This document shows positions 15,203 through 24,000 of a stretch of 24,000 nucleotides of DNA, one piece after another. Within the stretch, counting starts at the first letter, position 1. Every line of letters starts with the position of its first letter. The stretch comes from Marinomonas sp. IMCC 4694 (lineage in GTDB: Bacteria > Pseudomonadota > Gammaproteobacteria > Pseudomonadales > Marinomonadaceae). The notes under the pieces were generated by a model. It searched no databases. It worked only from the letters and a program-made list of their open reading frames with translations, and was not told where the DNA came from. Made by a program: the position numbers and the translations under genes. The stretch is taken from NCBI RefSeq assembly GCF_008122525.1, contig NZ_VSRV01000001.1:738611-762610 (forward strand), given 5' to 3'.

Positions 15203-15331
15203 ATGTGGGAAATCTATTCCATCGGGGATTCGGCTTTTTTAGAGCAGGTCCTGAACGCTGTCGCGATGATCACTGGTACAGGCGACTTTACTGCGTATTC
15301 TCATGCATCGCGATCACCTAATACTATCTAA
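15203..15331 (+). pseudogene. traG: traG 5' fragment (30 native codons, then read-through into the IS to a TAA)
   Basis: The ATG lies 3 nt after the traH stop. MWEIYSIGDSAFLEQVLNAVAMITGTGDFT is followed by IS-derived residues. It joins the 17927-21412 frame exactly once the IS and one TTTAC copy are removed. Confidence 0.85.
15287..15291. repeat. Target-site duplication TTTAC (left copy)
   Basis: An identical pentamer directly abuts both IS ends. Confidence 0.8.
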
Positions 15332-15414
15332 GCCGATCACCTAATACCATCCATCAAGATCACTCAATACCATCGATGCCGATCACTTTTCGGTCAAAAT
15401 GGTATTGAGTGATC
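15312..15414. repeat. IS21-type multiple subterminal repeats at the left end (23-bp phasing)
   Basis: GATCACCTAATAC at 15312 and 15335, GATCACTCAATAC at 15358, and GATCAC at 15381, each exactly 23 bp apart. An inverted copy, GTATTGAGTGATC, lies at 15402-15414. On the complementary strand the right end has GATC repeats with the same 23-bp spacing. Confidence 0.8.
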
Positions 15415-15491
15415 GGCTTGAATGGTATCGTTCAATTTGTACACGTTTTTGTCTAGCCAGTAGGTGTTTTTAACCGTTATTCTTTTCATTT

Positions 15492-17054
15492 TTGATGATG
15501 AGAATGACCATGCCAACGGCACCTATTTCAATGCGTAAACTTAAAGAGATTTTAAGACTAAAATACAGCTGTAAACTCAGTCATCGTCAGATAGCAACAA
15601 GCTTATCTGTTTCACCCTCAATCGTGTCTAAATATGCCTGTAAATCAGCAGAGTTAGATATTACTTACTGGCCGCTTGATGAGAAGTGGGATGATCACGC
15701 TCTGCAACAAGCGTTCTTCAAAACAAAGCCTCGATTAAAGGGCTTTACCATTCCTGACTGGTCGTTAGTTCAGCAAGAGCTTCGGCCTAAAACCATGACG
15801 TTGTTGCTGCTTTGGGAAGAATACAAAGAGCGGCACGCGGAAGGTTTTTACAGTTACACTCACTTCTGCCGTCAGTACAAGGCATGGCTTAAATGCCAAA
15901 AACCCTCCATGCGACAAAATCATAAAGCAGGTGAAAAACTGTTTGTGGATTACTGTGGCCCAACCATGAGTATTGTTGATACAAGTACAGGCGAATGTCG
16001 TACTGCACAAGTGTTCGTTGCGGTCATGGGTGCATCAAATTATACCTATGCCGAAGCGACTTACAGCCAGAAACTCGAAGATTGGGTGATGAGTCACGCC
16101 CGTTGTTTTGAGTTTCTTGGCGGTGTTCCTGAGCTAATAATTCCTGACAACCTTAAAAGTGCCGTCACCAAACCGTGTCGATATGAGCCTGACTTAAATC
16201 CAACCTACCAACAACTAGCGACACATTACGATACGGTCATTGTGCCCGCTAGACCCTATAAACCAAAGGATAAGGCTAAGGCTGAAGTGGGTGTGCAAAT
16301 TGTTGAACGTTGGATAATGGCGCGCCTTCGCAATGAAACCTTCTTTAGCTTGCGTCAATTGAACCTGAAAATACAAGCATTACTGGTCGATTTAAATCAA
16401 CGTAAAATGAAAAAGCATCCTGGCTCACGGCTCAGTCAGTTTGATGCTATCGACAGACCTGCACTCAAACCACTGCCTACACAGCCTTACAGCTATACCT
16501 TAGTAAAACAGGTGAGCGTGCATATTGATTATCATGTGGAAATTGAAAAGCACTACTACTCAGTGCCACATACCTTAATTAAACAAAAGCTTGAAGCCCA
16601 TGCCTCCGGGAAGTTGGTGACACTCTACCATCAAGGCATACAAGTCGCTGTTCACCCCAGATCATACCGAGAAGGTGCGCACACCACGCTTGATCTGCAT
16701 ATGCCTATCGCTCATCAAAAGCAGCAACAATGGGCACCACAGCGGTTCGAACGCTGGGCGAGTAAATTTGGCACATCAACTGAGCAGTTTGTTATGCAAT
16801 TGATGCAAGCTAAAAAACATCCAGAGCAAAGCTACCGTGCTTGTATGGGGTTATTAAGCCTAGGTAAAAAGTTTAGTGATCAACGTCTTGAAGCCGCCTG
16901 TCATCGCGCATTAACCACAGGTGTTACTCGCGTTAAACAAGTAAAGACTATCTTAGAAAAAGGCTTGGATAAACAACCCTTGCCACAAGCTCAAGGTGAT
17001 TTACTACAAGATATTGATCATAAAAATATCCGTGGCAACCACTATTACCATTAA
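15492..17054 (+). CDS. istA: IS21-family transposase IstA
   Basis: N-terminal HTH region (MRKLKEILRLKYSCKLSHRQIA), a DDE-type core, and the size and position typical of IstA. The true start may be any of several Met codons between 15495 and 15531. Confidence 0.9.
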   Translation: MMMRMTMPTAPISMRKLKEILRLKYSCKLSHRQIATSLSVSPSIVSKYACKSAELDITYWPLDEKWDDHALQQAFFKTKPRLKGFTIPDWSLVQQELRPKTMTLLLLWEEYKERHAEGFYSYTHFCRQYKAWLKCQKPSMRQNHKAGEKLFVDYCGPTMSIVDTSTGECRTAQVFVAVMGASNYTYAEATYSQKLEDWVMSHARCFEFLGGVPELIIPDNLKSAVTKPCRYEPDLNPTYQQLATHYDTVIVPARPYKPKDKAKAEVGVQIVERWIMARLRNETFFSLRQLNLKIQALLVDLNQRKMKKHPGSRLSQFDAIDRPALKPLPTQPYSYTLVKQVSVHIDYHVEIEKHYYSVPHTLIKQKLEAHASGKLVTLYHQGIQVAVHPRSYREGAHTTLDLHMPIAHQKQQQWAPQRFERWASKFGTSTEQFVMQLMQAKKHPEQSYRACMGLLSLGKKFSDQRLEAACHRALTTGVTRVKQVKTILEKGLDKQPLPQAQGDLLQDIDHKNIRGNHYYH

Positions 17055-17082
17055 TAAAAATTAACAAACCATAGGAAGACTT

Positions 17083-17847
17083 ATGCAAAATATCAATCAA
17101 CAAGTTAATAATCAGTTAAGTAATTTAAAGCTAAGCGGCATACGTGATGCGCTATTGCAGCAATACGAGCAACCCAATTTATACGTTGAACAAAGCTTCG
17201 AAGAGCGGCTAAGTTTATTGCTTGAACATGAAATAACGCAGCGTGATCAGCGTAAAATAGATCGCCTAACGCGACAAGCAAAGTTCAGAGTTGGCGGCAC
17301 ACTTGCCCAACTCAACTATGGCGCAGCACGACAACTCGATAAAGCTCAGATCCGTTCATTAGCACAAGGTGAATGGCTTCGTCTTCACCAAAACATCTTG
17401 ATCACAGGAGCAACAGGTTGTGGCAAAACTTACCTCGCTTGCGCGCTTGGTCAAAACCACTGCCAACAAGGGAGTAGCGTTTATTATTTTAGGCTCAAAG
17501 AGCTATTAGAAAAGATGTTTCTAGCGCAAGCCGATGGTAGTTATCGAAAACTGATCAACAAGCTTAGCTCTGCCAATTTACTGATCTTAGATGATTGGGG
17601 ATTAGAGCCATTAACGGCTCAACAACGGAGTGATTTACTGGAATTAATTGATGCAAGATATGATACAAAATCGACCTTAATAGCGAGTCAATTACCGATA
17701 GAAAATTGGTATGAAATGATCGGAGAATCGACACACGCGGATGCGATTCTAGATAGGCTTGTGCACGGGGCGATAAAGTTGAAATTAAAAGGCGAGTCGA
17801 TGCGAAAAAAACTAAATTTCTTGACTGATGCCGATCACTCAAGTTAG
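17083..17847 (+). CDS. istB: IS21-family helper ATPase IstB (AAA+)
   Basis: Walker A GATGCGKT, Walker B LLILDDWG, and ADAILDRLVH at the C-terminus. It lies immediately downstream of istA. Confidence 0.9.
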   Translation: MQNINQQVNNQLSNLKLSGIRDALLQQYEQPNLYVEQSFEERLSLLLEHEITQRDQRKIDRLTRQAKFRVGGTLAQLNYGAARQLDKAQIRSLAQGEWLRLHQNILITGATGCGKTYLACALGQNHCQQGSSVYYFRLKELLEKMFLAQADGSYRKLINKLSSANLLILDDWGLEPLTAQQRSDLLELIDARYDTKSTLIASQLPIENWYEMIGESTHADAILDRLVHGAIKLKLKGESMRKKLNFLTDADHSS

Positions 17848-17926
17848 ATTTTACTGAGGTCTACTGACAGACAAAAAAGTGATCGGCTTGAATGGTATTG
17901 AGCGATCGGCATCATGGTATTACGCA

Positions 17927-17931
17927 TTTAC
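17927..17931. repeat. Target-site duplication TTTAC (right copy)
   Basis: An identical pentamer directly abuts both IS ends. Confidence 0.8.
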
Positions 17932-20900
17932 TTCAATGGTTCGGATTGGCTTGCTCATTGGGGTATTGATGGTCTCTGTCCAGGCCTTAATGCAAGGCGG
18001 TCGTGGGATTAACTTTCAACACGTTTTAGTCTCATGGCTAGTCTTTGCAACTATGTTTGGACCCAGTACCCGAGTGAGCATTGAGGATGCGTACACGGGA
18101 CAAGTTCGAGTGGTTGATAATGTGCCCATCGGTGTTGCTGCCGCAGGCAGTACGATTTCGACTGTTGGCTTTCAAATCACGCGATTGTTTGAAGCCGCCT
18201 TCTCAACTCCCGCGATGACGGAATACGGCTTTGCATCCAGTTTACAGTCACTGATTAAAGTGAGAAAACAGGTGATGGATCGCTCTGGGTTGGGTGATGC
18301 AAATCGTGTCGGCGGCTCGGACATCGAGCAATCGTGGTTTAACTACATCAAAGAGTGCACCTTGATTGGTATCGACATTGGCCAAAAGAACCTCGATCAG
18401 GTGCTGAGTGATCCTAACCCGATGACTGCGATTAGGTTTGATTCGCGCATTTATGGCACTCGAATCATGCTCAGTGGTAGCCGTAGCGATCTGGACTGCA
18501 CCGATGCCTATAGCCAACTGAAACTCATGACAGAATCAACCTTCATTCCAAGGCTTAAACAGGTTCTGTCAGCCTCATTGGGGACTTCGTCAGCAACGGA
18601 CACTGATGACGTGATCCGAAATGCACTGAATAACCTTGGTTTGGCTTCAGTAAACACCCAAGAGTACATGACCGCGTCGGTGCTTTTGCCTATTTATGAG
18701 CAAAGCGTGACGGGCAAATATATGGATGATCAAGCTTTCACCGCAGCCGTTATGGTTAATCAAGCGATTGAGCAGCGCAATACGCAATGGGCGGCGGAGC
18801 AGACCCTGTTCCAAAGTATCGTTCGTCCGATGATGACGTTTTTTGAGGGGTTCATTTACGCCATCACCCCTTTGATGGCCTTTGTGATAGCCCTTGGCCA
18901 AATCGGGATGCGAATGGCCGGGAAGTACTTGTTAATTCTGCTTTGGATTCAACTTTGGATGCCTGTCATGGCCATCATTAACCTGTATATTCATTTAACC
19001 GTTGCAGGGAAAATGTCGGCTCTTGATGCCTTTGCAGGTACAGAAGTGCCATCTTTTGCTGGGATGATGCAGATGGATTCAGTGCTGCAAACCTGGATAG
19101 CTACTGGCGGCATGTTGGCGTCGAGTGTTCCGGCGATTTCGCTCATGCTCGTGTATGGCTCAGCAATAACCGCTACCCACTTGGCTGGACGTCTTCAAAA
19201 CGGTGATGCCATTGATGAAAAGATGGCAAGTCCAGATGCCGCGAAAAATGCCCCGGTAATGCAATCACAGTCAATGTTCCAAAATTCAGCCCTCACTGGT
19301 TCTGCTATGACCGGCGCGTCAAACCTACTAAGCAGTTTCTCTGTTGGAAACGCAGTGGGTTCAATGGTCGGCTCTGCAAAAGAATCCATGACTCAGGCAA
19401 CTCAAGCCTTTAGCCGTCAGGTTGGCAATACCATGAGTCGAACCTTTGGTGAAAAGCTAAGTTACGACAACCTGTCTTCGGTTGGACGTCAGATCAGTTC
19501 TTCTAATTCCTCATCTAGCGCCGTTGTTAATCAGGTCACTGATGACCTTCAAACTCGGTATGGTTTCGGAGACGATAAAAAAGACGCTGTACGTGGCTTA
19601 GTATCTGGCGTGTTATCGGGAGGCCTAAGGGTCGGTGGAGATGGAACCATTACAAATACCGATGATAAAGAAGTAGCAGATAAAGGGTTCTTGGGAAGAT
19701 TACTTGGTACAGGGGGGAATGACTCCCGACAAGGTAACTTGCCTGGAGTCGATAATCCCGAATCCTCAAGAGTGCCAAAGATATCACGGTTACGAGCAGG
19801 CTTGGATTTAGGTGGAAACTTTAGTGGCCAAGTTGAGTCGTCAGAAGGCAGTTCTCGATCTACGACCGCAAATACGCTCACTGGGGAGATGCAAAGCTTG
19901 GCATCGAGTGATTCACGACGTGCTGAGTTTCGCGATGCCATGGTTAAGGACCTTTCAGATTCAAGACGTTCTGGCGTTGAAATGTCGTTGTCTAACCAAG
20001 ACTATCAGTCACTTCAGAGTTCAGCACAAGACGTTATCACGGCATCAAACCGCTTTAGTGAGCTTGATCAGGCCAGCTACAGTCTATCAGGACAAAGGAA
20101 CACGGATGGTGCGACGTTAACTCGATTAGCAGCGGATAATCCTGATGTCATGGATTATTTAGGTCGCTATATGAACCAGCATGTTGAAGCAGGTAACCGA
20201 TTACGTGAAAACCTTCCAATGTATCAGCGCTTGCTACCTGATGATAATCAGGCGTATGTGGCCGCAGCTATGGAGTCTTTAACCTATAGCAACTCATCGA
20301 CGCCCGCTGAACGCGACAATGATTATCAAGCAGCAATGACTGTTATGGCCATGGCTACCGGAGCCGATTTACGATCAATTCAACCGCGCTCTAATGAAGG
20401 CTTGTCATCAGCTGCACCTACTTTTGGTGGCACTCAAAGCCAAGTGGAATCGGGTGTATTGGACGGCTACGAGGATGCTGCAACTGTTCGAACTCAGTTC
20501 AACGCAGCTCAATCAGCTTACCTAACTAATTTATCTGGTGTTGATGGACAACTAAATGCGCATCAACAACAAGCCCAACAGGCCGTAGTTTCTGACACAA
20601 GTACCTATCAATCTGGACTAAACAGTGAAGCTGGGTCTCAGTGGCGAGCACGCATTATGGCTGATGATAGCGGAGTTTCTGGTGCTGAAATGTTCTTCAA
20701 CAGCGCCAGTGCTATTGGTGATTTCAGTGGCAAGCATACTGATGCAGCACTGCATACCTTGAATCACTTTGGCGAAGACTATGAGAGTTACAAAGAACAA
20801 GCGCTTGAAGATGCTGGCTCACGAGGTTTCTTGCACAATGCAACGCTGGCCAGTAAATCAACCTGGGATGGCTTAAAAGCAGCCGTTGACGCCGGAACCT

Positions 20901-21412
20901 CTTTGGAGAATCCTTTGACGGCGTTTAATGATGCATACAGTGGATCGAGTTCGCAGTATGCCTCCGAAGTAAACTGGGGTACTAAGTCTGAAGCCATGTT
21001 GGCTGGGGCATTCGGTGCGGCAGTTAACAATCGATATGGTGAGTTCTTAGAACAGTATGCCTATGATTTTAAACAGGAAGCATACAGCGAAGGGCAGAGA
21101 ATGGGATTGACCCCGATTCAAAGTCAAGTGTTAGCTCAAGCTTTCAATGAAGGTTTGGCGGGGCGCGTTTTCAACTCTGAAGATTCATCGAGTTGGTCGC
21201 CTGAAATGCTTGGTCTAAGGGAGCAAATGCTAAATGAGTATCGTCAAAAAGATGAGAGCGGTGCTTACATCCCCGACAGTGTGTCCGAAGAAGATAAAGC
21301 ATTTGTGGATAAGCAGATTGCAGTGATCTCAAATGCATCCCTTGCTGGAGATTATGCTCAGAACAACTTGATCGATATTAGGGCCTATAACCAGGCTTCA
21401 GGAAGGAACTAA
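17927..21412 (+). pseudogene. traG: traG 3' part (native codons 29-1189), mating-pair stabilisation / exclusion-target protein
   Basis: Long ORF with N-terminal TM segments and a large Ser/Gly/Gln-rich C-terminal region. The ORF-track start at 17879 is a GTG inside the IS right end, so its first 16 residues are IS-derived. Position after traH and length match SXT/R391 TraG. Confidence 0.85.
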
Positions 21413-21422
21413 AAACAGAAGG

Positions 21423-21454
21423 TAGCCAGCTTGTGATGGGCTGGCTATTTTTTT
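21423..21454 (+). terminator. Rho-independent terminator between convergent traG and eex
   Basis: TAGCCAGC-N9-GCTGGCTA followed by T7, 11 nt after the traG stop. The eex stop codon (21445-21447) lies inside the 3' stem arm. Confidence 0.7.
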
Positions 21455-21876
21455 GGCCTTTTGGGGAGGATAGATGAGCGACCGTCTGCAAATTCGTTTA
21501 CCCAGTACCAATATTTTTTTTCGCTCAGGCTTAGTTCTCGACCGGTATCTTTCAGTTGTCTTTGAAATAAATGGATTAGTCCGCTTAAGCCTAAGAAAGC
21601 TAAACCGACACATAAAATTGCCCAACTCGCTTGCCAATATGCGATTGCTAAAAACATAGTGGTGATGGTTATAAGGCCGATAGGACTAGCAGTTGCTTTG
21701 AATCCCAAGTAGCTGAAAAAAACGATGGTGCAAATCAGAAATGGCAAAGCCGCTAACTTGGCAGATGCCGTAAATATTTCTGATGGAAAAAAATGAGCCG
21801 CTGCCAGAGTCGCTAGAAAAAGCCCCAGTGATATAACCCAGCAGCGTGCTGGTAAAGATTTAAGTAAGTTTGTCAT
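21445..21876 (-). CDS. eex: Entry-exclusion inner-membrane protein Eex (143 aa from ATG 21876)
   Basis: Small protein with several hydrophobic segments, convergent with traG and downstream of setC, which is the SXT/R391 arrangement. I prefer ATG 21876 (GAGAG SD-like sequence upstream) to GTG 21897. The resulting 143 aa agrees with the Eex size I recall. Confidence 0.75.
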   Translation of the reverse strand: MTNLLKSLPARCWVISLGLFLATLAAAHFFPSEIFTASAKLAALPFLICTIVFFSYLGFKATASPIGLITITTMFLAIAYWQASWAILCVGLAFLGLSGLIHLFQRQLKDTGRELSLSEKKYWYWVNEFADGRSSILPKRPKK

Positions 21877-21930
21877 CTTAGTACTCTCAAAGTGCACGGG
21901 AGGTGCACAATCAAATCATGCATCAGCATG

Positions 21931-22464
21931 TTAGTTTTCAAAAAGTGCTCTAGTGGTTTGCTCGGCCATAATCTCACACACAGGACATTTAAGCTGAATG
22001 CGCTGTTGTGATACCGTCAAATACAGACTGCCGCATCGACACCGGTGTAAGGATGCCAGCTGTGATCTTAAATCACGAGCTAGAACCCAACCTTCATTGA
22101 TGGTCAGTTTTTTCCAGGGGAGCTCAGCTGGAAGATCTGCTTCTTCCCTGGCAACCAGGTACGCATCGTAAGCCTTCATCAAAGTATCAATATTTAATTG
22201 CTTGTAAACATTGTCACCACCAATATTGACATAAAGAGCCATCAGCAGAGAGCCTTCAACTAATGCTCTTCTGCTTTTAACGATAGCATCAGATTCTGGC
22301 AATTGACCAGGACAAGGTGACTTGCCAGTCACTTCTTTGTAAAGCCTTCTGATAATGTGGATTGGCAAACCAGTATCGAGCGCGATAATGGTTGTTCGAA
22401 ATCCGTATTTAATAAGCAGTGAGGCTCGGGTAAACAGCTCACTTTTGGACAGGTTATCAATCAT
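21931..22464 (-). CDS. setC: FlhC-like transcriptional activator subunit SetC
   Basis: FlhC-like blocks (RRLYKEVTGKSPCPGQLP, MKAYDAYL) and a C-terminal zinc-type cysteine cluster (CRCG...CPVC). Its start overlaps the setD stop by 4 nt. Confidence 0.85.
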   Translation of the reverse strand: MIDNLSKSELFTRASLLIKYGFRTTIIALDTGLPIHIIRRLYKEVTGKSPCPGQLPESDAIVKSRRALVEGSLLMALYVNIGGDNVYKQLNIDTLMKAYDAYLVAREEADLPAELPWKKLTINEGWVLARDLRSQLASLHRCRCGSLYLTVSQQRIQLKCPVCEIMAEQTTRALFEN

Positions 22465-22760
22465 GCATCCCCCTTGTTGTTTAGGGTTGATAATAAATAA
22501 GCGATTCTTGGGATACCTGTACCTTTGCTCTTCACCATCTCAATCAGTTGGCTTTGGTTACCCCTGGGTTGAAACAGCATGAATGATGAGGTCGCCACTC
22601 GTTGCAGGTCGTCAACACCAGCATTAATCAGTGCATCAACCACATCGCGTGTAAGTCCAAAGCGCAAGACAGCCTCTTGAGGATCAATTCGCGCTAATTC
22701 TCGTGCTGCGTGTAGGTACGCCAAATTTAATTGATAGAAGTCTTGTTGATTGGTTGTCAT
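22461..22760 (-). CDS. setD: FlhD-like transcriptional activator subunit SetD
   Basis: 99 aa. The N-terminal LNLAYLHAARELAR...RFGL pattern parallels FlhD (INLSYLLLAQRL...FRLGI). It lies immediately upstream of the FlhC-like gene, mirroring flhDC order. Confidence 0.8.
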   Translation of the reverse strand: MTTNQQDFYQLNLAYLHAARELARIDPQEAVLRFGLTRDVVDALINAGVDDLQRVATSSFMLFQPRGNQSQLIEMVKSKGTGIPRIAYLLSTLNNKGDA

Positions 22761-23305
22761 TGAAGGACCTCCAGTTCATGTAAAATATTTCGATAAATAG
22801 AAAGCACTCTTTGTCCATACCAGCGTGCACGCTCTTCGTTCCAACTGTGATAGCGGCCTATGCCAAGCTCTAAATCGTTTGGTGAAGACTTGATTGCTTC
22901 GGCCAAAATACTTGAGCCGACGGTAAGGTTGCTGATGGGGTCTAGCAGTTCCGCCGCTGAGCTCACCCGATGTCCGTGCCAATGCAAATTGATTTGCATT
23001 AGGCCAATATCGAGCTGGTATTTTTCACTCTCTTGAAGTGCCTGGTTTAACAGTTGCTCCGCTTCTGTCTTAGATTTGGCGTAGGTTGCGTTTGAACCAT
23101 TGCGAATTGCGTATGGCCATGGACTGGTCATGTTAAGACCTCGATGTGAGGCCGACTCAGCCAAGGCAACGGCGTAGAGCATGACTGGATCAATACCAAC
23201 ACTTTGTGCTGCTTTTTCCCACTGATAGCCTGGAAACGCATAGACTGAAGTGCTTGCGGACATGGCTATCACTAGGGCAACGGTTTTTGCTTTAATGGTT
23301 TTCAT
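22757..23305 (-). CDS. Lytic transglycosylase (SLT domain) with signal peptide
   Basis: Signal peptide MKTIKAKTVALVIAMSASTSVYA. The SLT catalytic-Glu context is AVALAESAS, followed by GLMQIN and a downstream Y-rich block. Overlaps setD by 4 nt. Confidence 0.85.
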   Translation of the reverse strand: MKTIKAKTVALVIAMSASTSVYAFPGYQWEKAAQSVGIDPVMLYAVALAESASHRGLNMTSPWPYAIRNGSNATYAKSKTEAEQLLNQALQESEKYQLDIGLMQINLHWHGHRVSSAAELLDPISNLTVGSSILAEAIKSSPNDLELGIGRYHSWNEERARWYGQRVLSIYRNILHELEVLQ

Positions 23306-23999
23306 TTTTGTCCTCTAATTGATTTCCGAGAAGCGCCTGAATGGCTTTCGGGCTTATTCTTTTCAAAGGCACTGCGCTAAAGTCGGTGATGCCTCTTGTA
23401 TAAACTTGTGCTGCTTTTGACCAGTCGCCCACGGCAACCGGCGCTTGCATATCAAATCCTTTTTGCTGGTTCTGATGGTCTGCAATACCTTGTAATAGCC
23501 TTGGGTATTCACCCACTTCGTCCCGCAACAAGTAAGCCTGGTAGCGTGTTAAAAACTCTTTTTGTTTAAAGGGGTATTCCCTGTCATCTACCTTGCAGAG
23601 TTCAACCCATCCCCCCATGTCTGAAATAACGCGGTGAATAAGCGCATCGTCAAACATCACGGATGTCCAAGCGCCAACCTGACGAACAGCCTTGTCAACT
23701 TTGTTCCAAGCAACCATGGCTCTTGAACCCGAGTTGCCATCGATATGCTTGATGACGTCAGCGGGCTTTGGGAAAAATTGCCCAGTATCCGGTGATTGAA
23801 TATGCCGAGTCAGACCGATTCGCACTTCTTCAATGCTATAAGCACGAAGGGCTTCAAATGCGATGGATAGCAATTGTGGTGATACGCTTTTGCCATACAT
23901 GGCCCAAGCAGCTCCCCAAACTTCAGCAAACTCGCGTTTATCAACCTCCTGCACTTGAACGAACCTCCCGAATACCTGGTCCGGCCCAGCTTTCAGCAA
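23292..23999 (-). CDS. Conserved protein of the SXT/R391 setDC-containing operon, 5' end probably outside the window
   Basis: The frame is open to the window edge, and the TTG at 23999 is only an ORF-caller start. Function is unknown. The FEALRAYSIEEV...FFPKPADVIKHI segment loosely recalls phage helicase-loader N-terminal domains, but that similarity is unverified. Confidence 0.6.
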   Translation of the reverse strand: MLKAGPDQVFGRFVQVQEVDKREFAEVWGAAWAMYGKSVSPQLLSIAFEALRAYSIEEVRIGLTRHIQSPDTGQFFPKPADVIKHIDGNSGSRAMVAWNKVDKAVRQVGAWTSVMFDDALIHRVISDMGGWVELCKVDDREYPFKQKEFLTRYQAYLLRDEVGEYPRLLQGIADHQNQQKGFDMQAPVAVGDWSKAAQVYTRGITDFSAVPLKRISPKAIQALLGNQLEDKNENH

Positions 24000-24000
24000 T

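Larger units (their letters stand above)
15292..17926 (+). mobile_element. IS21-family insertion sequence (2,635 bp) inserted in traG
   Basis: The termini are TGCGTA...TACGCA, the TG/CA ends typical of IS21. It carries an istA-istB gene pair, multiple subterminal repeats at both ends, and a flanking 5-bp direct repeat. The host gene is restored by precise removal. Confidence 0.9.

Noticed and set aside
15765-17842. Antisense ORFs 15765-16010 and 17564-17842 inside istA/istB
   Set aside because: They are shadow ORFs within motif-bearing IS genes.
18248-21030. Seven ORFs inside traG, six antisense and one in an alternative + frame (18248-18517, 18647-18901, 19195-19389, 19549-19941, 19812-20120, 20618-20800, 20788-21030)
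   Set aside because: All are nested in the long traG frame. The Ser/Gly/Ala-rich coding sequence naturally leaves the other frames open.
17879-21412. The 1,177-aa ORF as an intact traG
   Set aside because: Its first 16 codons are IS21 right-end sequence. The native N-terminus lies at 15203-15291 on the other side of the IS. I therefore annotated it as a disrupted gene.
21398-21659. ORFs 21398-21637 (-) and 21474-21659 (+)
   Set aside because: They overlap eex. The eex frame gives a coherent multi-TM protein in the expected SXT/R391 position, and these two do not.
22355-22982. ORFs 22355-22582 (+) and 22776-22982 (-)
   Set aside because: They overlap setC/setD and the transglycosylase in other frames, with no support.
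1-24000. CRISPR arrays, tRNA/rRNA genes, attL/attR ends or an integrase
   Set aside because: I saw no regularly spaced repeats, no cloverleaf-like or rRNA-like segments, and no recombinase. The window is internal to the ICE, so the element ends are not expected here.

Overview
The window is the right-hand part of an SXT/R391-family integrative conjugative element (ICE) from a gammaproteobacterium. I identified it from synteny and motifs only; no database search was possible.

**Layout**
- **1-4.9 kb, + strand: conserved ICE core genes.** These are the tail of a conserved protein, a hypothetical, a CobT-like HExxH plus vWA protein, RadC/JAMM, a hypothetical, and a Zn-ribbon plus Toprim primase-like protein. 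Each gene is followed by a GC-rich hairpin.
- **4.9-12.85 kb: a visibly AT-rich accessory insertion.** It sits where SXT/R391 elements carry a variable hotspot, between the Toprim gene and traF.
  - It opens with IS debris: an IS5-group transposase tail and a decayed IS903-group element.
  - A co-directional cassette follows: a tnaC-like leader peptide, tryptophanase, a TnaB/Mtr-type permease, an OprB-family porin (frameshifted in a T7 run), a degenerate receiver plus EAL phosphodiesterase (split at an A7 run), and RidA.
- **12.86-21.4 kb: traF, traH, traG.** traG is cut after codon 30 by a 2,635-bp IS21-family element (istA/istB) flanked by a 5-bp TTTAC duplication. The repaired TraG is 1,189 aa and carries T-D-D at residues 606-608, the R391-type exclusion signature.
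- **21.4-24 kb, - strand:** eex, setC, setD, a lytic transglycosylase, and a partial conserved gene.

I saw no rRNA, tRNA or CRISPR array.

**Best candidate for something new:** the ICE-borne tna / porin / c-di-GMP phosphodiesterase / RidA cassette and its leader-peptide control region.
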